DNA of 63,412 nt, the filler included, from Kipferlia bialata (taxonomy: Eukaryota), in assembly GCA_003568945.1 (NCBI GenBank). It is 8 parts of 7 records of this genome, joined end to end, with 100 filler letters (N's around TTAATTAATTAA, not from the genome) between each part and the next. Parts side by side here need not be neighbours in the genome. Positions count along the whole stretch, not along the records: positions 1 to 10,022 come from BDIP01001511.1; positions 10,123 to 20,138 come from BDIP01001512.1; 6 more parts are not named here. One strand, given 5' to 3'. This document shows positions 1 to 12,690 of the stretch, piece after piece. Every line of letters begins with the position of its first letter. Positions within the stretch are counted from its first letter, which is position 1. Under the pieces are notes generated by a model. It was not told where the DNA came from. It was given only the letters and a program-made list of their open reading frames with translations, and made no database searches. The position numbers and the translations under genes are program-made.

Positions 1-7
1 GCGGGGG

Positions 8-46
<39 letters not shown>

Positions 47-54
47 GGCAGTAC

Positions 55-414
55 TCATTTACTAGCATCGATGTCCACTTGGATGGCCACACATCCGTAC
101 TTGGCTTCGTCTGCGTGGGAATAGAACTCTCTATACACGCTCACACCCTCCTCAACACTGGATACCCCTGGGAGGGTGCTCTCTAGTCCCTCTGCTACCA
201 GATACTCTTCTATAGAGCTGTATCGAGTGACTCTCTTCACCATACACGGAAGTGTCTCCCCAGCACACACAAAGGTAAGAGTGTCAGAGGGAGAGATGTG
301 GGAACAGATCCCCTTATCCAGCCGACCCTCCACCGTCTTCTGACCCTGGGCAATGGCATCATACCATCGACGTTGCACATTTAGTATCAGGGGGAGGGGT
401 GGTGTGTTACTCAT
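55..414 (-). CDS. ASCH (ASC-1 homology, PUA-like) domain protein, intronless, ~119 aa
   Basis: Has the ASCH signature 'WYDAIAQGQKTVEGR' (GxKxxExR), 'SDTLTFV', 'VKRVTRYSSIEEYL' and C-terminal 'VYREFYSHADEAKYGCVAIQV'. First ATG is at 414 (MSNTPP); the ORF track start at 456 is a GTG. Confidence 0.88.
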   Translation of the reverse strand: MSNTPPLPLILNVQRRWYDAIAQGQKTVEGRLDKGICSHISPSDTLTFVCAGETLPCMVKRVTRYSSIEEYLVAEGLESTLPGVSSVEEGVSVYREFYSHADEAKYGCVAIQVDIDASK

Positions 415-779
415 TAATGCTGTATTCGGACGAAAAGACAGAGCGAGTCGTGCCACGAGTCAGTCGTGGGAAAAGGAAGAAAGGGTTAGTTAGCAGCTAA
501 GGCTTATTACGGTTAGCAGTGCTAACCGTTAGCAATATAGATATACATGTCCTTATGACGGTATTCAACAGTTGTAGTTCCCCTGTGTGTTCCAGTATTC
601 TGCCACAAATGGTATAGTAGAGAGTCAAAGGAGGACATTGTGAAGCAATTACAACACCGCGTAATTGTCACAATTGAAGTACAAAATGAGACCCGACTGC
701 ACATATATCCGATAACAATGTGTACACCATCTATACGAGTACACCCCATTGCCAACCGATGGGACTCCCATGTCATCCC

Positions 780-2350
780 TCACATCCCGATCTTGAGTGT
801 GTGGACCTGCCCTGAGAAGGGGTCCAGCAGACTGACACACCCCGTGCCCTTGTAGGATGGCACAATCACACACGTCATCTCATGGTCCCCCACCATCACC
901 GTCTGCCTCTCTCCCACTGTCACCTTGGGGTCCCCAGAGGGTGCCACCAGCAGGGAGGGCAGCACAGGCTCATCGTCAGCCCCCTTGCACAGGCAGAGGT
1001 TGTCTGCTGGGGCAGGGAACATGTCCAGGGTGTCTGGGGCAGTGGGGGCCAGGTGGCAGAAGGAGGCGAGGCGGCACAGGGCCTGCATGGGGGTGAGGGG
1101 GGTCTGGCCAGCAATGTCAGCCACCACCTCCTCCCCTATGAAGGTGACCCTGGAGGACAGGGAGAGAGGGGCACAGGCCACCTCGGCAGTGCAGGGGTTG
1201 GTGCCCAGGTGCATGTTGCCAAACCTAGACGCAGAGGGAAGGAGCACCCTGGAGTTAGAGGTAGTAGAGAAGGACACACTGCAATAGGAACACTATACAT
1301 ATACAAATCACACATATATACTACCTGTTGATGGCAGGCTGTGGGAGGCCCCTGGGGACTGGGTCCTCTGTGGAGGGCAGGGCCAGCACAGGGAGGTTGC
1401 CAGTCAGGTTGGCCAGGAGACTGTCCAGGGCCTCCACAGGGGCCACAAGGCCTGAGGTGGGTGACACGGAAAGGTATAGGGAAGTCATAGCATATACATA
1501 TCCAGATTACCTGCGAATGTGACTGCCCTGCTGACATCTGCCTCAGAGAGGGCCTGGCGACCTGTCTCAGACCTGGGGGTCAGATTGGTATCGCTATACG
1601 AATACCCATATCAACTAAACATAGAGCGTGGATGACTCACTCTTCGGGTGGGGCCAGCATACCGCCCATCAGCACTGTGGCCTGTACCCGTGACAGCAGA
1701 GGCCGCAGGGCTGGGGTGAGACATATATAGAGGGAGTAGTGGTGTGTGTTCCTAGATAGAAATAGCTAAATGGTTAATCTTGGTCCCCTCACCCTCTGGG
1801 CATGGTGCCACCCCCGTGACTATGTTGCTGAGCATGGTGAGGGGGGGAGGCAGGGCAGAGGCCAGGCTGATGTGGTTGAGGCACAGCAGCAGTGGGGAGG
1901 GGGCGGTCCCGTCCTCGACAGGGAGTGAGAGAGAGGGGGGTGCCGGGGTGGCAGAGGGGGTAGGCAGGGGTCTGGGGTAGAGCGTGTCCTGGACCAGGAA
2001 GGCAGAGTCACTCGTGACACGGCCCCTCAGTGCCACCACCACCCCACACGGCATCTCGTGCAGATCCACACCCTCCTCCCCCTCCTCTGTCTCCATCTTC
2101 ACCTCCTGTGCCTCCCCCTCCTCATGGCTGTGCAGTACAATGATGGACTGGGGGTCACACAGAGTCACCACATCGCTCGTCTGGTAGTACTTCCCCTGGC
2201 GTTGGCGTGATATATGGGTATCAGTGAGAGGCTATGACACCAAGGGCGTACCTCAAGCAACCTAGGCAGCTCAAAAGCATCTAGGGAAGCGTATGTGTCT
2301 ATCACCGTCTTCTTCAGACTGAATTGCTTGGCTACCACTCCAATCAGAAC
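780..2350 (-). CDS. POLD2: DNA polymerase delta small (regulatory) subunit, 5'-partial, at least 6 exons
   Basis: Exons ~2252-2350, 1793-2195, 1641-1710, 1511-1572, 1325-1451 and 780-1278 have GT-AG ends. Motifs 'GVVVALRGRVTSDSAFLVQD' (OB fold), 'LPSTEDPVPRGLPQPAI', 'TNPC' and 'HLAPTAPDTL' are typical of POLD2/Pol31/Cdc1. Confidence 0.88.
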
Positions 2351-3125
2351 CTGGTATTAGCTGATGGCAACGAAACCCGGTGGTGACTCAGAGGTTGCAA
2401 ATATGATTACGTGGCTCTTCAAAGAGTATTGCAAGGGAAATGCATATAGCAGAGGAATGGGAGTATGGGGGGGGGGGGGGGGCCCCCCCGGGCGGTTCGC
2501 CGGNNNNNNNNNNNNNNNNNNNNNNNNNNNNNNNNNNNNNNNNNNNNNNNNNNNNNNNNNNNNNNNNNNNNNNNNNNNNNNNNNNNNNNNNNNNNNNNNN
2601 NNNNNNNNNNNNNNNNNNNNNNNNNNNNNNNNNNNNNNNNNNNNNNNNNNNNNNNNNNNNNNNNNNNNNNNNNNNNNNNNNNNNNNNNNNNNNNNNNNNN
2701 NNNNNNNNNNNNNNNNNNNNNNNNNNNNNNNNNNNNNNNNNNNNNNNNNNNNNNNNNNNNNNNNNNNNNNNNNNNNNNNNNNNNNNNNNNNNNNNNNNNN
2801 NNNNNNNNNNNNNNNNNNNNNNNNNNNNNNNNNNNNNNNNNNNNNNNNNNNNNNNNNNNNNNNNNNNNNNNNNNNNNNNNNNNNNNNNNNNNNNNNNNNN
2901 NNNNNNNNNNNNNNNNNNNNNNNNNNNNNNNNNNNNNNNNNNNNNNNNNNNNNNNNNNNNNNNNNNNNNNNNNNNNNNNNNNNNNNNNNNNNNNNNNNNN
3001 NNNNNNNNNNNNNNGGAAGCCCCCTAAAAACACCCCCCCCCCCCCCCCCCCCCCCATTTCCCTCTTTCTCTCTCTCTTTCTCTCTCTCCCAACCCCGATA
3101 TCTTTGATATGTGTCCTCACCCTAG

Positions 3126-6100
3126 ACACATGTACCAGACACTACGCCTAGACCCCTCTGGTCTATACTCATTCACACTCAACGACATGGCACCAGAGGT
3201 GTATTTAATCACAGCAGAAACAAGTGATCCTACCCCTTTGCTTTGTCTCTCTGTCTCTCTGTCTCTGTCTCTCTGTCTCCCCCCCCCCCCCTCATAGCAG
3301 GTGCTGTGCCGCCTTCTGGTCATTGCCCACACCTGTGCCACCTCTCTGCACATCCAGGGCCAGAAGAAGGACAAGGCGTGGGACAAGGAGACGGAGGCAT
3401 ACCTCTGGAGGGTGCACTATGAGTCATACGTGTCAGAGGCTGACATTGCCAGACTCCGTGCCACCTGTCGTGCCCTCCACTCAGAGCTAGAGGCACTGGT
3501 CTTCGGGTTGGTGGCGGACACGGTATCTGATCAAGACCACTCCCCCCTCCCCCTGCCCTCCCTCCCACAGTACAGGGTTGGGCCGGCTACTAGGGGTACG
3601 GAGACAGAGCGCAATTTGCTCCTCTATGTGACCCTATTATTTAGTCCATCTAAACTCACCCCCAGATGCCCTGCTGCCCCTGCTGTCCCTGTGGGCTGAG
3701 GTAAGGAGAGTAGTTGTTCTTCTACATATTCACCCACTACTCCTTTACACACATAACTACTCACCTTCCAGCTGGAGCCCATCAACTACCTAGAGAGATG
3801 CCACAGAAGCAGACTTGACGTGCACCTCAGACGCTTTGCTGGGAAGCATCAGGAGGCAGCAGGTGATATGACACGCTCTCTCTTGCCTCTCCTCTCTATC
3901 TCCAGGACCATATAGTCTGACGTGTCCCCCTCACCCCCAGACCAGGTCTCTACCTTCTCGCAAAAGCAGTCCTCTGAGGCTGTCTCAGTCCTAGAGAAGA
4001 GGTGTCGCAAGGTGGGTGGCAGACTGAGGGGCAAACACAGAGCGACTTGCTATGACTCCAGTCCCTATCTCTCACCCACCCTCAGCTGGCGGGTGCCTTC
4101 TATGACAAATCGGGTGGAGCAGAGAGACTGCACAAGTGCTACCAAAAGTGAGTTAGAATTCGAGTTATACTGTGCCTATGTTTTGTATGTACATAAACAA
4201 CAGCCATTCCTCTCCTGGTGACTCCACACTCACATAATCTCTCCGTAGTGCCCCTCCTTTACCCACTAGGCACCTGGACTGTCTCGTGTATGGCTCCTTC
4301 AGTGGCAGGGCAACTGCGGCATCAGTGTGCAACCCCACTCTATACAGAGACTGTGACGTCAGGTGGGTTCATATCACCATACTGCAAGCTGTAATCTACA
4401 GTGTCTCCCATTTCTATCCTGTATAGTACCCGACCCACCCCAGACCCTGCCTCTCCAACCCCTCCCACTGCCCCAGGTGGACTGTACACTATGCCACACA
4501 GCCACTGCCTGGGTTCCCAGGGGAAGAGTATGCACAGTGGCAGATACACACATATACCTACGACCACCAGTTCATTCTGAACCTATCCTTGGCTGACATC
4601 CCCCTACCGCTTACCCCAGACGCACCGACGACACCCCATCTCTGCCTGACTGCAAGGTGGGGCACACATCCACTTCAACGCCATAGTGTATACATCTCGT
4701 CCTCACTGAGGATATATGCATGTAAGTATACCCTACTCACCTTGCAGCGTATCTTCCGAGACTGGATGCGGTGTCTGCACTCATCTATGGCATCGGGCAG
4801 GGCAGACGTCACCCTGGTGATCGGAGACTGTCTCGATGTGCTGCTGGGTGAGTTGGGTATTGAGAGTGTACATGAGTAATTGCGTGTTACACTTTCATCA
4901 CTTGCTGTGGCATCTGAGCGTCTTGTGTTATATATTTAGTATATATATCTTATATAGGAGAACTTCCACTTACTAACCCAGAGCGCAGCCTCGGCCCCAA
5001 CCCCCACTCCTACTCTACCACCGTGGCCTCCGACCCCCCCGAGCCCTTCCTGTTCGACCACATAGAGTGCTCTAATATAGCAGACTATGTAGGGACACTC
5101 ACCATTCTGACTGTGGCACCAGGTTGGTGTCGTGATATTGAGTTTAGAAACCCGTGCCTCATACATCATACGTTGACATCCAGGCTTCCTGCGCACCCCG
5201 GGTGTCTCCTGCCTGGTGCTAGTCCTCATGCTCACCAGGTGCTATGGCCACGCAGGCTCCATATCTGTATGTGTGCTTAAGTTGCACAACATGATATAAC
5301 AGTGTATATTATACATTTACCCCAGGCATCACTACATGAGTGAACAGGCCTTTCTGCAGGCTGCTACAGGTGTAAGGTGGGTGGTATCGTGTACATTAGG
5401 TCACATTATCTCTGAGTTGTATATATATGCGTACCTCGCAGGCATGCTCCTACTGACTATTCTGTCTGACCCTCAGGGTACGTGATCTGCCCCATGTGTT
5501 TGGGGTCAGGTGCGTGGGGGGAGAAGAGGAGATTGACAGGGGCTCCACTCTGATGAGCACGTCTCTGCTGCCCTACAAGTGCAACATACCCAGTGGCCGG
5601 ACGGGCTGGACGCAGGTATATGTACCATAGGGTACATGGGTATGGGAGACGATGCAGAGGACTCTGCCACTCACCCTCAGAACGCACTTGGGGGTGCCAC
5701 CAACCATCAGTACACCCACCTAGTGTTCACCCGCACCCCAACCCCTTCCCCTCCTCCTTCCATTGAGTTACACCCCGGTGGCATGAGCGGGCATGTGCAC
5801 AAGTGCCTCATGGGGCTGTTCCACAAGTGTCTCCCATACACACCAGAGAGGATAGTGGGGTAGGGGTTCTGAGCACATCTATGTTCACTTCCTCCAACTG
5901 CTTATCTCACCCCTCAGTGCATGCATACCCACCATGGCCATGTTTGCGGCAGTGGTGGCTGTCGGCTGTCGGCGGGGTCTGTTCGCTGCCCATATGAGGG
6001 AGGGGCGAGTGTCAGGTGGGTGATGACACAACATGTCATATAAGTATCTCTTCAGAACTCATATTGCGACCCCTTCCAACAAGTCAGGCCAGCACCTTAT

Positions 6101-8835
6101 GGCCATCCCAGAGCGGCTGTCCACCAGCTACGTCCATGTCCTAGGGGGTGTGCGAGTGGAGCGTGTGGGGACAGGCAGGGTGGAGGGATGGCAGGGGGAC
6201 GGGGCATGTGTGTCTCTCTTCCCTGTCTCCCTAGCCTGCCCCTTTCCAAACTGGATCAAGGCTATCTCGAGCGGAGTGAGTGAGCTATAGGAACTGTACT
6301 CTTATTTCAATTGCGTAGTTCTGTTGTTATCGCCATTCTAATGACTGACCTAGGCCTCAGACAAGTACGGCTCCATGCTTACCAAGCTGGATGCCTCATT
6401 GCTCCCATCCCTCCTTGCCACTCTCACTGAGTATGGGATAGACACGAGGTACAGGGCTGGAACATATCTCTCTGATGGCCAAGTAGGTCAGCACGTTAAC
6501 CATCATCTCATCAGTCAGGTCTGCCGGTCCCCCGTACACCCTTACGGTGGGTAGTCTGGAGATTAGACCCACCTTAGCCCTGAGTCGCAAACAGTCAGTG
6601 TGCAACATAACCATGGTCCCAAGGCACATTGTGTGTGACGAGGTTGACTTGTATGACGATGCTCTGTACCCAACGCGGGAGGCCTTTGCAAGGGGAGAGG
6701 GGATGTCGCAGGTGGGACTGCATGTAGACGCATTGCATATTGGCGATAGTTAGTTGACTCTCTAACACTGTAGGCGTGCAGTCATTTGCTGGGGAAGGCC
6801 ACAGGGAAACTTGGTCCAATGAGTGGCATGTTCAAGACTACCAGCCCGACCTTACAGGGCCGACTTGTCACAGATGGTTCAGGGAAGGATGTGCTGCTGG
6901 GTGCCTCCCGGTCGGTACACGAGGGGTATGCCCACCCCACTGTGACGCTGTACGGTGTGGGTCAGAATGTCATGGACCCGCTGACAGAGGGCACTCTCTC
7001 CCTCAGACTGACCATGTGGTCACCCCTGATAGGCGATGGCAGGATGTCCACCATTCCAGGCGCCATAGACCCCATACTCGGTATGTGGGGGTGTATTTGT
7101 CTCAAGGATCTAATTGGAGTGTCTATACATAGGACTCCTGCCACTCACCCCCAGGCCCACTGATGCCCGTCTCATCTGATGCCCAGCTGGAGTTGGGCAG
7201 GGTGATGTGTGCCTCACCTCGCATATTCCCCTCTGCCACACCCCCTGTCTCTGGGGTGCATGGACTGCAGTGGGTAAGAGGGGCCAATGGAGCCCTGACC
7301 CTGGCCTGTCAGTGTGACATACCAGCCTCCATACCCAACAGGTACACGTACCTACTGGTTTCATATATACCTCTCGCATATATCTCACCCAAGCATTGTG
7401 GTAGACAAGTCCAACACCCCTTGCCTGGTACCCCTCAGTGACCCCCTCCACACTGTATCGAGTACTATGGATGCCTATGTCAAGTCCTCAGTGGCAACTG
7501 TAGACCCCACCACCACCCTGTCCGACACATACCAGGTGGCACTGCGCCTAGGGGGTCAGGAGGTGGCCACCCTCACCTCACCCATCCCACTCCACCCCAG
7601 TGACGGGGTGCGTCTCCAGATATCAAGGACCAAGAGGTTCATCAGGGTCAGTGTACGCGCTGCACCCTACACGGTCCCTGCCCATCTAGCCGGAGCAGTG
7701 GTCAACCTCAGCCAGATGGGGCAGCCAGTGAGGGCAGGGTCAGAGGATCTGGAGAAGACAGATGTACGTTGGCCTGCTCCTGATACATATTCATAACATA
7801 CCTCTGACTCTTACGCTTTGTCACTGCCTCTCACATCAGCTCCTGTACCTGTGGGGTGACTGTGGCATGAGGCAGATAGAGGTCATGAAGGGACCGGGGT
7901 CAGCCAACCCAATGCCGGAGGAAGGCAGGGTGCAGGTGCGATGGGGTCAGTACACTTGCTTCTCATTGTCATCTTCTTGTCTCACCCTAGGGCCGTCTAG
8001 CAGAGTGTCTTGGTATGCCCCAGGCAGCACGGGCAGCTGGTATGGGTGCCCTGGGCCAGATAGGGTGGTTCATGAACCAGGCCATCGGGACATACGTGGG
8101 GATGGGAGTGAGGCTGGTGCCTATCAGAGGTCCATCAGGTGAGGATGGCTCAATATCAAGTATTACTCGATAGCAAAAATATATACTGTCTGTCACATCC
8201 ATGCGCTATCCTGCACCAGTATTTGAATCCTTTGGACTGATCTCAGGCATAATCGCTGCCATGTTATTCCACGACTTCTATGTCTGTGACAAGTCGTGTG
8301 TCGTGGACATGTCCTTTGTCGTCTTCAAGGGGATGCCCCAGAAGGATGCGAGTCCTCTGTCCAAGGCCCTATCCCAGTGTGCCCCTGGAAGCAAGGAGTT
8401 CCCAAACTTTGTTGTCTCCTCCCCCCACAGCCTCACTGTTCTGACGCAGTGTCTCAACCATATGTCCAGGTACTAGGGGTCGTGTCAGATATATAAGGAT
8501 GGATATACATGAACCAGCACCATTCCCTCTCAGTCCTCACCCCAGGTACACCCTGAATGCCCCTGTGCACAGTGTGGTCAAGAGGAATGTGCCACAGGTA
8601 CAACTGTGGTGTTAAGTGTTATGTTATAGAACCATATCTTTCTACCGTGAGGTCTCACCCCTAGCATCTACTCAAGTATGTGGTCAGGGTAGGCATGCGC
8701 CCCCTCCACCCTGTCATGATGTTACACGGTCAGCAGGATAAGGCCGCAGCCAAGGTGGGCCCCCTACTGGCCCAGCTGGGTGCTATGGGAGACAGGCCTG
8801 GGTGGCTGAAGACAGAGGCGGTGGGGTATATGTGA
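3126..8835 (+). CDS. Large multi-exon DUF4470-like protein, 5'-partial
   Basis: Spliced peptides 'YSFTLNDMAPE|VLCRLLVI', 'VIGDCLDVL' and 'FDHIECSNIADYVGTLTIL' resemble DUF4470-family proteins (D..P...AR..LL; FD.I..SN..D..G). Many short GT-AG introns; last exon ends ...KTEAVGYM* at TGA 8833-8835. Confidence 0.6.
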
Positions 8836-9459
8836 GGGGAATTGCGCAGGTAGAACAGAGAGAGAGTCATTCTCATTCACTCACACTCATAGAATCTATA
8901 TGATAGAAAGTGTTAGGTAAATATCAATGTATACGGTTACTTGCTGCTCGTGTTCGTCCCAATACTTGGGATTCCCAAGTGGGGTCCCCACTGGGGACCA
9001 TGGTTGGTACGAGTTAGTCAGACACTTATGCCCTAGATTGAGTACCTAGTAGGTACTACCTACTCTCCCTGGCAACTATGTAGGTAGAGTGCCTCCTAGT
9101 GGCCAGCATCCGTTGCTCCATCTTGCAAAGCCATCAATGAATCATCATAATCTGTGGGTGGGTAGAGGCATATGCCTCCACTCCCTGATACACAAACAGC
9201 AAGAATTACCTATATGTACTATATACACATGACTGTACATTATGCAAATGTTACTAGTGCATCACTAGTCAATTATTGGTGTGGGATACAGTGTATCATA
9301 CACAGATACACAAATGACTAGAGAAATTCATAGTTTGGACCTCAACATCTTGATAAGATAGATGACATTCTGGGTCTGTAGTTGTTTCTATCCTATACCC
9401 TTTTGCTCGATCCCTTCGCAAAACCTCGCTGTTTCTCTCCAGTCTGGATTTACCAGAAG

Positions 9460-9883
9460 ATGGCGGAAATGAGAGATGGGTTGTCTGACGCAACCATGGA
9501 GGACGCATTAGAAGATGTATTGGATTGCAACCGCCGTGCACTGGAGGAGCTGGGCGAGGAGTGGCGCGAGGAGCCGCTAGAGGCCCCTGACACCCGGACA
9601 CAGTGTGCCTCCGTCACTGAGTACCCCTCCTGCGGCAATCACATATTGAAGGTGGGGCCTGTTTTGTGTGTCTTCATTATCTTTATGCGCCACCTAGATG
9701 AAGGGGTGTCCGTGCTGATCATTAATGAAGGCACTTTGATACTAAAGTACTATTCCCTCTCTTTGTACCTGTATCTGCTGACCCTAGTCTGTAATTGCTG
9801 TCTTCTGTGGCAAGGCTAGGCCAGGCATCCTCTGCATACCTCGGGGGCACTTTGCATATGCACTCACAGACACAGACGCGGAG
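9460..9883 (+). CDS. Hypothetical protein, 3'-partial, runs towards the scaffold end
   Basis: ATG at 9460 (MAEMRDGLSDATMEDALEDVLDCNRRALEEL...), donor near 9652, and a GC-rich exon ~9789-9883 after acceptor ctgaccctag. Exon joining is uncertain. Confidence 0.4.
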
Positions 9884-10022
9884 GTACAATAACCCAACGT
9901 ATATGATATGTGTATAGAGAGTTCTTTATGTGTACATCACAACACATATTTATACATCGAGGTATACACACAAGGTACTGTGAACTCACGGACGAATTGA
10001 TGTGGGGATACCCCCCCCCCCC

Positions 10023-10122
10023 NNNNNNNNNNNNNNNNNNNNNNNNNNNNNNNNNNNNNNNNNNNNTTAATTAATTAANNNNNNNNNNNNNNNNNNNNNN
10101 NNNNNNNNNNNNNNNNNNNNNN
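10023..10122. other. Artificial scaffold spacer (N44-TTAATTAATTAA-N44)
   Basis: 100-nt linker with stops in all six frames. Confidence 0.97.
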
Positions 10123-10589
10123 ATTGACGCATGTCTCACTCACTCTGACACTACGTCCTCGGCCGCTCTCTCGGCGGTAGTATGTACGTTTTTTATTGGA
10201 AGAACCCTCAAAATAGGGTAAACCCATTTGTCAGACTCCCAACGACACCGAACTGACCAAAAATGCCAGACCCCTTACTCTTTGTCACAAACCCATGATG
10301 GTGTCTCTTAATCCATCCGCACCCTGTCACACACATGATCAAATGTGCGTGGCTGATACCGTTACTATGCCTTTGTACTTACAATAACAACAGTTGCGTC
10401 ATGTCATTGGGAGAGGGAATACCCACAGGAGCCTATATCGCAACCGTGTATATACAGTTGCCCTATTCCGTCCCAATACTTGCAATTGAGCCTTCTACTC
10501 ACTCTCGTTGGCCTAATATTGAAACTGTGTCGTTACTATCGGGTGGTATTTCGTCGTGGGAGCCCTCTATCACTTCATATAGACCTCCT

Positions 10590-12426
10590 ATGTTTCACGT
10601 CTCAGACCGTTCTTCTAATCGGTGTGGAACAGTTCCTCTCTCACTCCTAGCGCTACTCGTGCTCCTGGCTGGGCTGAGTGCTGTGTTCTGCTCGGCATAC
10701 CTAGAGTACACGTACAGAGACGACAGGTATACACTAGAGTATAGGATTCACGAAGACTTCTTTCTATATATAGACATCTTGCCATGTGTCATATACATCG
10801 GTGTGAGAGACATTCAGGTGTCACCCTCCACCTAGTACACTCATTCCAGAGACAGCTTCGGCGTCAAGGACTGGGAGTACCAGAACAACATGGACAGACG
10901 GTATGACATCATACCAGACGAGGTGGGTGGGTGGTAGTGTACTATATATATATGCAAATATACTATATATTAAACAGCGAGGTGTGTGGTAGTATACTAG
11001 GTGATATATATGTCAGAATGTATAGTACGTGTACCGTTGTGTATTATATACAGTTATACACCAATGCCAAGGACCTTGAACTGGACTGGATCACCCTCGA
11101 GTTGACTGGGTACATCGAGGTCAACTTCGACGTCCTATCAGTGTACAGGGCATACTGCAGGTGGGATATACACAATACTGTACTGATGATATACGTGTCT
11201 ACTAAAGGGCTGACCTCTACTCTGTGTACTGGGCATGGTGCAAGTTATCAGTGGGACGTGTACATGCCTTTCTCTATATTAATATATACATAAGCATACT
11301 CTCACCCCCAGTGACTGGGCCGAGCCCTCCTACCAGGCATACGACCAAGTCTGGTCATCCAAAGACGATGGCCTGTGCAACATAGAGTACGGACAGCACA
11401 ATGCATTTACACACACTGGGATTTGTGTTATCTTTGTCTTCTTTGTGATATATGTCACACTCATGCCAGTTACACTGTGCATGTCGAGATGGGTAGTGGC
11501 TCTAAGAACTGCTTGGTCGGTATGTAATACATACTATGTATCACACATGTATATCTGCTTTCCTCAGTGTATAGTGACTCCTATCTGCCTCATATCCCCA
11601 GTCGCCTGGACTACAGAAAGCAATGTCATATATATACTAATTATATATTATATATATATATATATCCATCTATATACCTATTATAGGTATTACCTATATC
11701 GATAGGTACATCTATTGGTGCATCTTACTCTGACCCCCAGTCACCTGGACCACCGATGGTAGTGGGGACGGGGACACAGGATACGATGGTACGTTCACCA
11801 CACACTGTCCACTCTCATAACTAATCCCTACACTATACTTAGAATCTAGTCATGTACTATACATATGCGTACCACCTTCATACACCTACCCCCAGGCTGG
11901 AAGTGCAAGTACTGCGTCAACGACACATGCACCTTCCAGTACTGGCCCCTAGTCTTCTGTGTCACAGCTACCATAGCACTGATACTGCTATGCTGCTGCT
12001 GCTGTAAGAAGAAGGGGGTCAAGACAGTTCAGGTGGGTCAGGCAGTGCACACATAATAGTACAATGGTAGCACCACACATACACTTGATCCCTCTCTGTA
12101 TACTCACACCCTAGGTCCCCCCCACCTGTCAGGCCCAGTACCAGCCCATCCCAGTGCCTGCCACTGCTGCCGTAATCACACCTCAGTACACCCCTCAGTA
12201 CACCCCTGTACAGGCTATGCCCCAGCAGGTGTGGCTTTACTATTCTCGTTGAGAAATTATATATGTAGTGTAGTTCTTTACTGTGTATTTGAATACCTAA
12301 CAGGAAGGGTGTGCACGTTGTGCTGAGTGGGGGCAACCAGCACATGTACACACAGGGTGTCAAGGCCACTACCATGCAGGGTCAGGTTGGGGGAGCAGTG
12401 GGGTATGGGCAGAACACCGTACCTAA
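10590..12426 (+). CDS. Type I membrane protein with CUB-like ectodomain, Cys cluster and Pro/Gln/Tyr-rich tail (~9 exons)
   Basis: Signal peptide 'LSLLALLVLLAGLSAVFCS'. CUB-like pattern 'YQNNMDRRYDI...ITLELTGYIEVNFDVLSVY...VTWTTDGSG..GYD|GWKCKY'. TM 'WPLVFCVTATIALILL' followed by CCCCCKKK; stop TAA at 12424-12426. Confidence 0.7.
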
Positions 12427-12690
12427 CGGTTACCCATCCGGCCCTCTCGGGAATGGCATGTGATCTCAGATACACAGAGATATATTGAGATACAGACATA
12501 TAGATATACATATATATAGATAGCCATGTCCATTCAGTGATGCCTCAAGCCGTCCAGTACCTTATACATACAATACATACTATTGTCTAACTCATTGAGT
12601 TGAAAATCGAAACATCAAATCAATGAAAAACTGACTTCACAAAAGGGTTCCATGTGGGTCTGACTCCGATTGACTCTTCTGCAACATCAG

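Noticed and set aside
10067..10078. Recurrent TTAATTAATTAA motif (7 copies)
   Set aside because: It is always centred in a 100-nt N block, so it is an artificial contig linker.
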